Source: Hemiscyllium ocellatum (taxonomy: Eukaryota). From it: DNA of 64,000 nt. Position 1 is the first letter of the stretch. Each line of letters starts with the position of its first letter. This document shows, one piece after another, positions 13,200 through 24,850 of this stretch. The stretch spans positions 10,405,534-10,469,533 of the forward strand of contig NC_083409.1 in assembly GCF_020745735.1 (NCBI RefSeq), given 5' to 3'. Below the pieces are notes generated by a model. It was not told the origin of the DNA and did no database searches. It saw only the letters and a list, made by a program, of their open reading frames with translations. A program made the translations under genes and the position numbers.

Positions 13200-15420
13200 T
13201 TACTCTGTGAACTCTACCCACAAAGCTGTCTAACTTTGTGTCATTAGCAAACTAGAGTATCTGACTTTCTATGCCATTATCCAATGTATTAATAAATAAT
13301 GTAAATAATTGAGGTGTGCACACACATTCCTATTGGACACCACTGGTCACATACTGCCGATTTCAGCACTTATCCATGATCCCTATTTTCTGTCACCTGT
13401 CACTCAACCAATTTCGGTATGGCAGTATTTTAGCCTCAATTCTGTGGATTTCTAACTGAGTTGACAGTTTCTTACATGGGATTTTATCAAATGCCTTCTG
13501 GAAGTCCCCATAAACAACATCCATTGACATTACTGTGTCCAGTAATTTTGTTTCCTCTTAAAAAATGTTCAATGAGATTTTTCACCATGACCAACTTGTC
13601 ATGAATTCATGCTCATTCTCCCTGATTAACTGACCATTTTCAAGGTCATCAGTTACCCCCATCCTTGATTATAGACTCCAACAATTTCCACACCACAAAC
13701 GTTGGCTTAGTGATCCGTAATTCCCTGGCTTTTCTCTAACATCCTTGTTAAATGTGAAATGAAATTTGCAATTTTCCAGTTCAGAGGTATGACTCCTGAA
13801 TCCAGGTAACTCTGAAAGATTATAGTCAGGGTATCTGCAATGTGGTCTATTATTACTTTATCACCCTCAGGTCCTGAGGATTTGTCACTCTTTAGTTCCA
13901 TTATTCTCCTTATTACACATGCTATATTGACATTAACTTTATTCAGGTGTCACAGTAGTTAGCACTGCTGCCTCACAGCACCAGAGTCCCAGGTTCAATT
14001 CCAGCCTTGGGCAATTGCCTGTGTGGAGTTTGCACATTGTCTGCATGGGTTTCCTCCTACTATCCAAAGATGTGCAGGTCAGGTGAATTGGCCATACTAA
14101 ATTGCCCATAATGTTAATTGCATTAGTCAGAGGGAAAATGGGTCTGGGTGGGTTACTCTTCGGAGGGTCAGTGTGGACTGGTTGGGCCAAAAGGCATGTT
14201 TGCACACTGCAGGGAATTTTATCAGTCCCTGACACAGATCCTCTGTTAATTCCTTTTGGACTTCAGGCAAGTCCTCTTCCTTTTCTACTGCAAATCTTGA
14301 GGTAAAGTATTTATTTAACATGTCTGTCATTTCCCCATTGTCACTGACAATATCCCTCACTTTCAGTCTTTCATGACCAATATTGCTCCTGACCTCCCAG
14401 CTTCCCTTTTATGGAACTGTAACATTTCTCCTGATTGATTTTGTTATCCCTTACATGTTTCCTGTCAGAATCCCTTTTGGTCGCTCTTAGAAGCTGATAT
14501 GTGGCCCTTTTGTATTCTTCCCATTCAGCGGAATTTGTCCTTATTTTTTGCTTTTCTGTCAGCCTTTTTCAAACATTTTATCCTTTCCCTTATCTCTTTA
14601 ATTGACCATTGTTGTTTGTTCGCTTTTCACTCTCAGGTATAAAGTGACTTTGTTTTGTGTTGAATGTTCCTTTAAATATTCCCCACTGTTCTTCAGTTGT
14701 TTTACCCATGAGCAGATTTTCCCAGTTTACTGTGGACAGTTTCTGTCACATCTCATTAAAGTCGACCCTTACCTTAATCTCAAACTCTAGCAGCTGATTC
14801 ATGCTTTTTACTTTCAAATGCGACACTGAACTCGATCATGTTATGATCACTATTTGATAAATATTCATGCACAAATAGTTACGAACTAAATCTGGCTCAT
14901 TATTCATTACTAATTCCAACATTGCTTGTCCCCTTGTTGTATCCAGGACCTATTGCTGTTGGAAACTATTCTGGACACACAGCAGCAATTCACTACCTTT
15001 CTGACAGAGGGCTTGTCTGTCTCCCAATCTAAGTTCAAGTTAAACTTCCCCATTAATAATACACTGGCTTTGCTGCACACTTGTCTAATTCCTCCATTTA
15101 TATAATCCAGCACCTCAGAGCTGCTGTCAGGGGGGTCTGTATCCAACATCTACCACAGTTTTCGATCCTTTCCTGCTCCTCAGTCCCACTGAATGTTTTC
15201 TCCTCATTATGACCTCCCTCACCATTGAAGCCATTTTTTCCCTCATCAATGAAGCTGCTCCACCTCTTCTGCCATTTCCCCATATCCATCCTGTGAACCT
15301 TCTAACCCGATAGATATCGTTCCCAATCTGAATGATTCTGCAAATATGGCTCAGTAATTGATCCGGTACCACAATCTTAAATTTGAATTTGTGTCTGCAG
15401 ATTATTGTATTTATTCCTTA
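13200..15420 (-). mobile_element. Old CR1 fragments (RT and endonuclease parts)
   Basis: Degenerate ORFs 13707-13901, 14127-14360 and 14910-15372 resemble CR1 ORF2. Confidence 0.65.
13946..14215 (+). mobile_element. HE1-type SINE
   Basis: tRNA-like head GGTGTCACAGTAGTTAGCACTGCTGCC..GGTTCAATTCC, V-domain-like core and LINE-derived tail. Confidence 0.85.
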
Positions 15421-16269
15421 CGCTCCGTGCATTCGTATATAGAACTCTTATTTGGTCCATTCACTGGAATCTGTTCCTCAGCACTGATGCTGTACTCACC
15501 TCTTTCTTATTTCTCTCTATCTGTTTAATCAATATCCTTCTGATAGCTTTCCAGATATTGTCCAAATAGGACCTTTTGCCCATTTTTGTTGATGTTGTTG
15601 GTCCCAACACAGACAACAACAACTGGATCCTCAACCAGCCCCACCCCCATTCCCCACCCCACCCCCCCCACCCCCCAAGTCTGTTATACTTAAAAGCCGG
15701 CTCGAGATGCCCTTACCTTGAAACCAGGCAGGCAACACACCATGTGGGGCTCTCAATCCTGCTCACAAAGGATGCTATCAGTTCCCCTCATTATCAAGAC
15801 CCCTCTTTTCTTTGTGCTCTCCCAGTCTGAGTGGTCTCCTGGACCATGGTGCAGTGGTTTCCTTCATTCATTCATAGGAAATGGACATCTCTGGCCAAGC
15901 CAGCAATGACTGCCCTTAGGAGTCATCGAATCATAGAATCCATACAGCGTGAAACAGGCCATTCAGACCAATGAGTCCACACCAACATTCTGAAGAGCAT
16001 CCCACCCAGACTTGTCTCCCTACCTTATCCCTGTAAATCTGCATCTCCCATGGCTAATGCACCTAAGCTACACATCCCTACATTTTCCCCAGTTTAGACA
16101 TTATAATTTCTGCTCTATCTTTATCTTTTTATATAATGACTTTGAAACTTACAGAGTTATGGTCACTATCACCAAAATCCTCAAACGACATTTTCCCATT
16201 CTCCCGACAATCCTTTTCCTCATTGACACAGGGAGCAAGTACCTCATTCCTGTTGGACAAGGAGCTGAG

Positions 16270-16580
16270 GCACCTGTAAGGCTAAATCCAGGCTGCATCG
16301 GCCTGTTCACTTTTTGTCACACCCTCCTGTCCCTGACCACTGGCCATAATTTGAAGTATTTAACCTACAAGGTGTGACTGTCTCCCCAAACACAATGTCC
16401 AGGTAACTCTCCCCCTCCCTGATGTGTCGCAGTGTTTGAAGCTCAGATTCCAGCACATCAACTCGGAGCTGGAGTGCCTTGAGCAACCAACACTTGCTGT
16501 AGATGTGGTCACTCTGAGCTACAATGGGCTCCACCAGCTTCCCCATCGTACAATTACTACACATCGCCCGGCCCTGTATG
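16270..16580 (-). mobile_element. CR1 ORF1 fragment
   Basis: ORF 16307-16564 (HIYSKCWLLKALQLRVDVLESELQTL) matches the ORF1 N-terminus seen at 28043-28585 and near 51000. Confidence 0.7.
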
Positions 16581-17814
16581 TGGGAATTATTTGAGGAGTT
16601 TTTAATTTATATTTTAAAATTTGCTGCTGGTCGTTAGTTTTTAATCTGTAAAATATTTCCCACAAGGAGATAGAGAAGGTGCCAGCACAGGAGGAGGCTG
16701 TTCAGCCCCTTGTGTCAGTGCTAGCTGTTTACGAGCCTCAATTATAATGAACATCTCCATTGAATGTCTGTTGTCAGGAAGTGATTGAGTCTATTTTTAG
16801 AGACAGAATAACGGACAAATATGAACTGGTCCGAGAGAATCAGCATGGATTGACAAAGGTTCAGACATCTTTAACTAACCGGATTACACTTTGTTCGGAG
16901 CTCACTAGTGTGGGATATAAGGGAATGTCGATGGCTATTGTCTATAGGGAATTCCAAAAGACATTTAAGAATGTTCCACATAAGAAACATTGATTCAGAT
17001 CTTACACTCCACAACCATCTGATGAAGGAGCAGCGCTCCAACTGCTGATGCTTCCAAACAAAGCTGTTGCATTAGAACCTGGTGTTCTGTGATTTTTAAT
17101 ATTTACACGACAGTCCAACACCGGCATCTCCTAATCATGGAATTGGATGGAATTTGAGAAATGCATTTACCTTGGGTCAGGAATGGGTCTGTCTAGGAGA
17201 CAGAGAGGAAGGATAATGTGCGTGTGTTCTAATGAGCCAGATGTGAGTAGTGGTGTTGCCAGGGATCTGTGCTGGGACCTCAGCTTTTCATGATATTTCT
17301 CAATGACTTGGATCAAGAAACAGAGAGCCATATGTCCAAGATTATTGATCACACTGTGTGAGGCAGCTTGGAGGAGGTCACAGAGATAGGGAGGGTGGAA
17401 GAACAGGGAGCAGATGGAGAACAAGGATGAGAATTTGAAAATCGAGGTACTGCTGGACCAAGAGTTTATGTCAGTCAGTGAAGATTGTGGTGGTTATGGT
17501 GGGGTGGCGAGGCATGGGCAGGAGTGTGGGGTGGACTTGGTGTGAGTTTGAACACAGACAGCAGAGTTTGGGTTGAGGTGATGTTTACAGAAGTCAGTGG
17601 CTGTCATATGGGCCTGGATAACATTGGAATGGTCACAAAAACATGGTTGAGATTATCAGTGGCTGATAATTGTGATGTGGAGGATTTGGGCCTCAAATCA
17701 GCCCCAAAGATGAGGCCAAAGTTGTAAAGAGTCTGGTTGAGCAGCAGACAGTGCTCAGGGAGAGGGATGGAGTTTGTACCAGGAGCTGAAGAGGACGGCT
17801 TTGAACTTCCCAAT

Positions 17815-18080
17815 GTGTTTCCCAGTGAGCCTGGCTCCTCAGTCCTGACTGCTCTTAGCTGCTGTGATTGTCACTGATTGGACACTTATTATTAGAGATT
17901 CTGACCACAGCAGAAAGCCCCAGTGTCACAAATAACTGCAAAGACTGTCAGATCGCAAGGTTGAAACTTCACCAAGAGAGGAAGTGAAAGAAGGAGCTCG
18001 GAGCAGCTGGATGTTTGTTACTGAGACGGGAGAAAACTGTGAACCATCTGCACTCCCTGGAATCTGACAGCACAGGAGGA
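17815..18080 (+). promoter_or_regulatory. Candidate B-cell enhancer (duplicated block) with an Ets-IRF composite element and an E-box
   Basis: GGAAGTGAAA at 17980-17989 and CAGCTG at 18004-18009; near-identical copy at about 62670-62940. Confidence 0.5.
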
Positions 18081-18329
18081 GGCCATTCAGCCCATCATGC
18101 CTTTGAATGACCCAGTTAGTCCCACTGCTCCCCTCTCTCTCCCCGTAACCCAGCAAATCTTTCCTTTACAGCTCAAATTCCAATTCCCTCTTATAGACCT
18201 CATGTTCACAGAGTGAGACTGCCCTGAACCTGGCTTCAAATTGGCATCTCATTCATTCATTGGGAGATAAACTGCCTGGGCTGGGAAATGGAGTTCAGTA
18301 CCCTGAACATTCCCTCTCCCCTCCTGAGG

Positions 18330-20510
18330 AACACTTCATTTGGTTTTGCATATTCACTTGTGGAAAGTGGGCTTCACCGGCTGGGTCAACATTTTTTACC
18401 CTGTCTTGTTGCCCTGGAGTAGGTGGTGGGAAGCTGCCATCTTGAATTGTTATCGTCCACAAGCTGTAAGTTGACCCACAATGCCAGCATTTTAACCCAG
18501 CAAGGCTGAGGGATCAGCGACATATTTCCAAGTCCGGATGCTAAGCTTTTTCGAGGGGAACTTGCAGCTCACAGTGTTCCCATGTATCTGCTGCTCTTGT
18601 TCTAAATGGAAGTGAACGTGGGTTTGGAAGGAAACCAAAAGAACTGCAGATGCTGTAAATCTGAGACAAAAATAGAAAGTGCTGGAAAAGCTCAGCAGGT
18701 CTGGCAGCATCTGTGAAGAGAAATCAGAGTTAATATTTCATGCTCAACCCGAAATGTTAACTCAGATTTCTCTCCAAGATGCTGCCAGACCTGCTGAGCT
18801 TTTCCTGCAATTTCTATTTTTGTCCATGGGTTTGGAAGGTGCTATCTGAAGATCAGTGATGAATTTCTGCAGAGCATCTTATCGATAATACACACTGCAG
18901 CTATGGAGCGTCAGTGACGGTGAGTTTGGATGTTTTGAGAATGCGATGCCAATCAAAGAGTTTGCTTTGCTCTGGATGGTATCAAGCTTTTTGAGTGGAT
19001 AAGAAAGACATAGGATACAATCGACATAGATAGGAAAGGTTTCAAGGGATATGTGTGAAACGCAGGCAAATAAGATGAGTTCACTTCAGAAAACCTGGTC
19101 AGCAAGAAGAAGTTTGGCTGAAGGGTTTGTTTCTGTGCTGTATGACTCTGTGACACTATCAATCTATGAATGTTGTTGGAGCTGAACCTGTCCAGGCAAG
19201 TGGGGAGTATTTGCTCACACTCCTGACTTGGTTGACAGGCTTTGGGGGGTCAGGAGTTGAGTTACTCGTTGCAGTATTCCTAGCCTCTAACTTGCTCTTG
19301 TAACCACTGTGTTTCTTTGGTGAATCCAGTTTTGTTTCTGGTCAATAGTACCTCAAGAATGTTGATAGTGGGGATTCAGTGATGGTAATAACATTGCCCC
19401 TTGACAATCAATGCTAAGATTGTCTCTTATTGGTGATGGTGATTGGCTGGTATTTGCATGGCACCAATGGGAAATGTCACTTCTCAGACAAAACCTGGAT
19501 GTTGTCCAGATATTGTTGCATTTGCACGTGGACTGCTTCAGTATCTGAGGAGTTGACAATAATGCTGAGCATTGTGCAATCTTTGGCAATCATCCCCATT
19601 TACGAGTTTGCCTTGAGTTGCAATATCTGTTCGGAGTCTGTCCTATTTAGTACGGTGATAGTACCACACAACACAATGGAGGGGATTCTCAATGTGAAGG
19701 TCAGACTTTGTTTCCACAAGGACTGTGTGATGGTCACTCTTACCAATACTGTCAAGGATAGATGCATCTACAGCCACAAGATTGGTGAGGATGGGGTCAA
19801 GCATCTTTTTCCATCTTTTTGGTTCCAGCTGCAGAGCCAGTCCCTCAGCTACATCCATGAGGAACCAACCAGCTCGATCAGTAATGCTGCTGCCGAGCCA
19901 CTCTCAGTGGTGGACATTGAAACCCTCCCCCCACCCCCTCTCCCCCACCCAGAGTACACTCTCTGCTGTCATCACCCTCAGTGCTTCCTCCAAATGTTGT
20001 TCAACATCCAGGAGAGACTGATTCATCAGCCGAGGGAGCAAGATATCTTGTAATCACCAGGAGGTTTCCTCGCCCATGTTTAACCTGGTGTCATGAGTCT
20101 TTACGGGGTCCAGAGCCAACTTTGAGACTTCCCAGGGTAACTCCCTTCTGGCTGTAGACCACTATGTCATCAGCTCTGCTGGGTCTGCCTTTCTGGTGGG
20201 ACAGGACACATGCAGGGACAGTGATGGTGGTGTCTGGGACATTGTCTGTAAGGTATGGTTCTGTGAGTATGACTGTATCAGGCTGTTGCTTGAGTCATCT
20301 GTAAGACAGCTCTCCTGAATTTGGCACTAGCTCCCAGATGTCAGTAAGGAGGATGGAGCAGGGTAGACAGGGCTGTTTCTGTCATTGTCTTTTCGGTGTC
20401 TAGATCGATGCCTGTGGCCGTCCGGTCTCATTTCTTTGTTGAAACATTGTCATAATTGATACAACTAGGAGCCCTGCTCGGCCATTTCAGAGGGCACTAG
20501 AGAGTCAACC
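18330..20510 (-). mobile_element. Decayed LINE (CR1/L2-related) plus a palindromic Penelope-derived insert at 18640-18830
   Basis: Endonuclease end motif (LDPILTNL..GKSDHHTV) in ORF 19643-19858; interrupts the block that is contiguous in the 62-63 kb copy. Confidence 0.6.
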
Positions 20511-21339
20511 ACATTGCTAGAGGACAGTGCCGTGTACCCCGGCAGTACATTCCGACTTCCCCCACTTCCCCATTCTGTATATGGAAGGCAGAAGCCTGCC
20601 AGTAGGATATTCAACCGCAGGAGCTATCACAGCCCGTGCGTAATTCTGTCCCCACATTAAATCCACATAAATCTTGAATTCACATAACACCTTCAATATC
20701 CAAACATTCCAAGAATGTTCACAAAGTTGCAGTAAGAGGGATGGGGGAGAGGGTGGAGGAACATAAGAACTCGGAGCAGGAGCAGGCAATTCAGCCCCTC
20801 GAGCCCGCTCCACCATTTAATACAATCATGGCTGATCCCGTCTCAGACTCAACTCCACTTTCCTGCTCACTCTCCATCATCCTTTAACCCATTAATCATT
20901 AAATATCTGTTTATCTCCTCCTTGGTGTGAGACACGGAAGGACCACTCCATTTCAGAAAAGACTGACCATGGAAGGGGAAGGAGAGGGGAAAGGATTGGA
21001 ACATGTTGTGAATGGACAGAATGGGTCAATGGGTCAGAGCCTGTCCTGTGCCTCCAACTCACGCTGATGATCTGAGGATCTCCTCTCTCTGCTGGGCCTT
21101 CACGGAATGAGGTTTGTGTCCAAATCAGTCCCCAGTGAGAATAGGCCAACAGTACAGAACAGCACAGAACTGCCCTTCATTTGACCAGAATCTGTCCATC
21201 TTCCTGAGAGAGGCCAAACCCTGGTCAATGTGGAAATAGGGCCTTACTCCATGAGAAGACAGGGGTCAAGGGTTAACATCCATTAGTGGGACAGAGCAGT
21301 GGGAGATTTATCCTGCATTCACTGTCACCACCCAGGACA

Positions 21340-21389
21340 CTGTCAGAAAGAGAGAGCAGTGAGGCAGAGAGAGAGATGGAGGGAAAATT

Positions 21390-21426
<37 letters not shown>

Positions 21427-22070
21427 AAGAAAGAAAGAAAGAATGAGAGAGAGAGATAGAGGGACGGGCATCTGATACGGTGTAAGATATGTGAGCGGAC
21501 CAAGAGAGAGGTAGAAGGAGGTAAAAATGGCGAGGTTGAGGGATAGACAGAGAAACAAGATGTGAGACAGTGTGACTGAGAGGGATGGAGAGAGACAAAG
21601 AGACAAGGAGAGAGAGTGAGAGACAGGATGGGTGTGAGACTAAGCATGAAGAGAGTTGAGAGGGAGGGGAGGGTTGAGTGTGAGAGAGAAAGAGAGATGA
21701 GTATGGGTAGATTTATAATGACAGAGAGAGAGGGAGAGAGACTGCAAATTGGGATTGAGAGAGGGAAGGAGAGAGAAAGAGGGAGGAATAGAGAGTGACA
21801 GATAACAATTGGAGGCTTTTAATTGAAGTGAGAGAGGGAGCGAGGAACAGAGACAGTAAGAGATGGAGAAACAGATGATAAGATGGAGTGAGAAAGCATC
21901 AGTGAGTTGGAGAGAGTGGCTATGAGACAGAGTGTGTGTGTGTGTGTGAGAGAGAGGGGAGAGAGAGAGAGAGAGAGAACATGAAAGAGATTAACAGTGG
22001 GAGAGAGAGATAGAGGTAGAGAGAAAGAAATGGCAGATGTGAGTCAGAGAGAGAGAGAGGGACAAGTCCT
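21340..22070. repeat. GA/GT-rich low-complexity region
   Basis: (GT)n(GA)n tracts at about 21390-21460 and 21930-21980 inside purine-rich sequence. Confidence 0.9.
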
Positions 22071-22559
22071 GGTCACCACACTCTGGGAAGAATGTGATTG
22101 TACCTGAGAGGGTACAGGGGAGATTTCCCAGGATGCTGCCTGAATGTGAGCTTTGGGCACACCTCCTCCCTGCCCAGCCCTGTTAGAATTTTATATGTTT
22201 CAATCAGATCCCTTCTCATCGTTCTGAACACGAGTGAGTCCATGGCCAGGCGAGTTGGAGAGTTGGAGAGTGAGAGGAGAGTTGAGAAGAAATGTTTTCA
22301 CCTAAAGGGTGTTGGGAGTCTGGAACTCACTGCCTTAAAGGCTGGTTGAGTCACAAACTCTCGTGACATTGGAGCAGTGTTTAGATATTCCCTTGTGTTG
22401 CTGTCGCCTCCAGGGTAATGGGCCAAGAGCTGGAGAATGGGATTAGTGCCATCAGATCTTTGTTTACCAGCACAGACACAATGGACCAAATGGCCTCATT
22501 CAGTGCTGTTCACATCAATGACTCTGAGACAGAGAGAGTGACAGAGAGAGAGAGAGAGA

Positions 22560-22665
22560 GAGAAGAGGAAGTGTGAGGGGCTGACGTGGCTCTCTCTGCC
22601 TGATGCCATTTACATACTGAGGAACACCCAGTCAGACTCTCACAGGCTGCAGCTTTATAAAGCAG
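22560..22665 (+). promoter_or_regulatory. Ig kappa V promoter
   Basis: Ets/PU.1-like GAGGAAGT 22565-22572, CRE half-site TGACGT 22582-22587, octamer variant ATTTACAT 22608-22615 and TATA-like TTTATAAA 22654-22661, all upstream of the leader ATG at 22722. Confidence 0.75.
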
Positions 22666-22721
22666 AGCCCAGTGAAGGGAGAGTTTATCAGGAACCAGGC
22701 ACAGGGACAGGAGCACACACC

Positions 22722-22770
22722 ATGATTTCACACATCCAGCTGATCTGGCCCCTGGCATTCTGTGTTGCAG
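22722..22770 (+). CDS. IGKV: Ig kappa V leader exon (MISHIQLIWPLAFCVA + G)
   Basis: 49-nt phase-1 exon with GT donor at 22771; signal-peptide-like; splices in frame to the V exon. Confidence 0.92.
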
Positions 22771-22956
22771 GTACAAATCTCTCTCCTTCCACCTTGAATC
22801 TTTAGCTGCTCTCCATTTCACTCCAATTCCACTGACTTGTGACTGAAGGGAAAATGCTGAAACCAGAGGAATGCTCAGTGTCTCCAACAATCTCTCATTT
22901 GACCGGCTCTTTCTGTGACAGTTCTGACTTCACTGTGTTTCTCTCTGACCCCTCAG

Positions 22957-23253
22957 GTATCAGTGGGGACATCACCATGACCCAGTCTCCCCCGGTGCTG
23001 TCAGTGGGACTGGGCCAGACCGCAACCATCACCTGTACGGCCAGTCAAAGCATTAGCAGCTACCTTGCTTGGTACCAGCAGCGAGAAGGTCAGAAACCCT
23101 CTCTCCTGATCTATTATGCAACAACTCGATTCACAGGAGTCTCGGAGCGATTCACTGGCAGTGGATCAGGGACCAGTTTCACCCTGAAAATCAGCAACGT
23201 TCAGAATGAGGATGTGGCTGACTATTACTGTCAGCAAGGTGACAGCTGGCCTT
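22957..23253 (+). CDS. IGKV: Ig kappa (type III, NS4-like) variable segment, intact and unrearranged
   Basis: Acceptor CCTCAG ends at 22956; GISG then [44 protein letters not shown] (95 mature residues, no stops). Confidence 0.97.
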
Positions 23254-23281
23254 CACCATGATACAGAGCTGAACAAAAACC
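23254..23281 (+). other. 12-bp-spacer recombination signal of V
   Basis: Heptamer CACCATG (2 mismatches to CACAGTG), spacer ATACAGAGCTGA (12 nt), perfect nonamer ACAAAAACC. Confidence 0.93.
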
Positions 23282-23717
23282 TCAATACATAAAGCACTAC
23301 CTCCTGTCCTGACACATCCCACAGTTACATAAAATGTATAACAATGGACACACAGTCCCACCGCCTGAGCTGATATATCCACAGTTAGATCTAAACGAAA
23401 TTGATCAAATTACCCCAAACTGGGATTGCCACTGTCCACGACACACTCCAATCCCTGTGGTGTCTCAAAAGTCACTGAAGGCCTCAAGTTTCCCTCTTAC
23501 ACTCCATGGCCACATGTGAAGAGCAGCTGCAAGATTTAACATCGAAAAATAAATTTCACAAACCTCCCGAGCCCAGCTGGAAACAACCCAGAGAGAAAGA
23601 GAGAGAAAGACACATGAATGAGGGAGAGACAGAGAGGGGCAGGGAGAGGGTGAGAGTGGGTGAGAGACAGACAGAGATAGAGAGGTGGACAGTGATAAGA
23701 GGGAAGCAGAGAGCAAA

Positions 23718-23756
23718 GGTTTTTGTACAGCCTCTGCACTGGGAGCTCTCACTGTG
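23718..23756 (-). other. 23-bp-spacer recombination signal of J
   Basis: GGTTTTTGT (23718-23726), 23-nt spacer, CACTGTG (23750-23756); consensus sequence. Confidence 0.97.
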
Positions 23757-23791
23757 GCTTACGTTCGGTAAAGGAACCAAGCTCAGACTGA
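23757..23791 (+). CDS. IGKJ: Ig kappa J segment (LTFGKGTKLRL)
   Basis: FGxG motif; phase-1 donor A|GTAAGT at 23792 is compatible with the C exon. Confidence 0.97.
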
Positions 23792-24154
23792 GTAAGTAAA
23801 CCTCAATCCTCTGTTATTAACCCTGTCAATACTGAATCACACTTTCTAAAATACAGTTACTGATTTGTTGAAGGTGTTAGTGGGAAGCTGCAGTGAATGA
23901 AATGGTTGTTTGAGGAGCACTGTGTCCAGCTGTATTTCTTTACTTTCATGCCCTCTTTAAAAAAAGCAAGATATAAGTCAGTCAGTTTTACTCACCGTGT
24001 GGAGGAGCTCTGTCCATTTGCAGCCTGTGGTCCCATTCCTGCAGCATGGAGTGAAATCAGTGAGTAGCCTCCTGCCAGTCTCAGTGTGACGGACACGGGG
24101 CAGAGTTTGATGTGAGCTCTGGCTCCCTGTCCCAGTCTCTGATCTCACTGACCT

Positions 24155-24193
<39 letters not shown>
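24155..24193. repeat. (CAG)13 trinucleotide repeat in the J-C intron
   Basis: 39 nt of pure CAG. Confidence 0.97.
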
Positions 24194-24195
<2 letters not shown>

Positions 24196-24659
24196 CAGTG
24201 AGACACCGAGCTCCCACCTCCCCCAGCTTTAACTCTGCTCAATCACACAATCACAGAATTGTTACAGTGCACAAGGAGGCCATTCCGTCCATCCTGTCTG
24301 GACTAGCTCTCCGAATGAGCAATTCACTGAGTGTCATTCTCCTGCCTTCTCCCTGTCACCCTGCACATTGCTCCTTTTCAGATAACAGTCTCATTCCCTT
24401 CGGGATGTTTCAATTGAAGCTGCCTCCACCACACTCTCAGGCAGTGCATTCCACACCTTAACCACCCAATGGCTGAAAATGTTTTCCCTCATCTCACTTT
24501 TCTTACTTTTCCAATTACTTTCAATCTGTGGCCTCTCGGTCTCAATCCTTTCACAAGTGGAATCATTTTCTCCCTATTTACTCTGTTCCAGGCCCCTCCT
24601 GATTTTGAATTTCTGGAGCAATTCTCCTCGCTGCCTTCTCCAAAGACTTGGAGGTGCCG

Positions 24660-24850
24660 GTGTTGGACTGGGGTGGACAAAGTTAAAAATCACACAACAC
24701 CAGGTTATAGTCCAACAGGGGGTTTATTTGGAAGTACCAGCTTTCGGAGCGCCCCTCCTTCATCAAATGGTTGTCAGCGACGCTCCAAAAGCTAGTGCTT
24801 CCACATTAACCTGTTGGACTATAACCTGATGTTGTGTGATCTGTAACTTT
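24660..24850. mobile_element. Second Penelope-derived short family (inverted arrangement, decayed hammerhead)
   Basis: Minus strand reads TTGATGA-AGGAGGGGCGCTCC-GAAAGCTGG; related partial copies at about 17015-17130 and 35860-35940. Confidence 0.55.

Noticed and set aside
13946-14020. tRNA-like sequences here and at 4660-4733, 32570-32650 and 37100-37160
   Set aside because: They are SINE heads continuing into SINE bodies, not tRNA genes.
21273-21798. Ser/Leu- and Glu/Arg-rich ORFs
   Set aside because: Translations of GA/TC microsatellites.
23320-23386. Three CACAGT(T/C) cryptic heptamers between V and J
   Set aside because: None has a nonamer at the correct spacing.
22957-23791. Germline-joined VJ gene
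   Set aside because: V and J are 503 bp apart with both RSSs present, so the cluster is in split configuration.
24194-24200. Isolated perfect heptamer CACAGTG in the J-C intron, reminiscent of the mammalian kappa intron RSS used by the kappa-deleting element
   Set aside because: No nonamer at 12 or 23 spacing, no partner RSS seen downstream of C, and about one such 7-mer is expected by chance in 10 kb over both strands.
23978-24217. Poly-leucine signal-peptide-like ORF on the minus strand
   Set aside because: Artefact of the (CAG)13 repeat.
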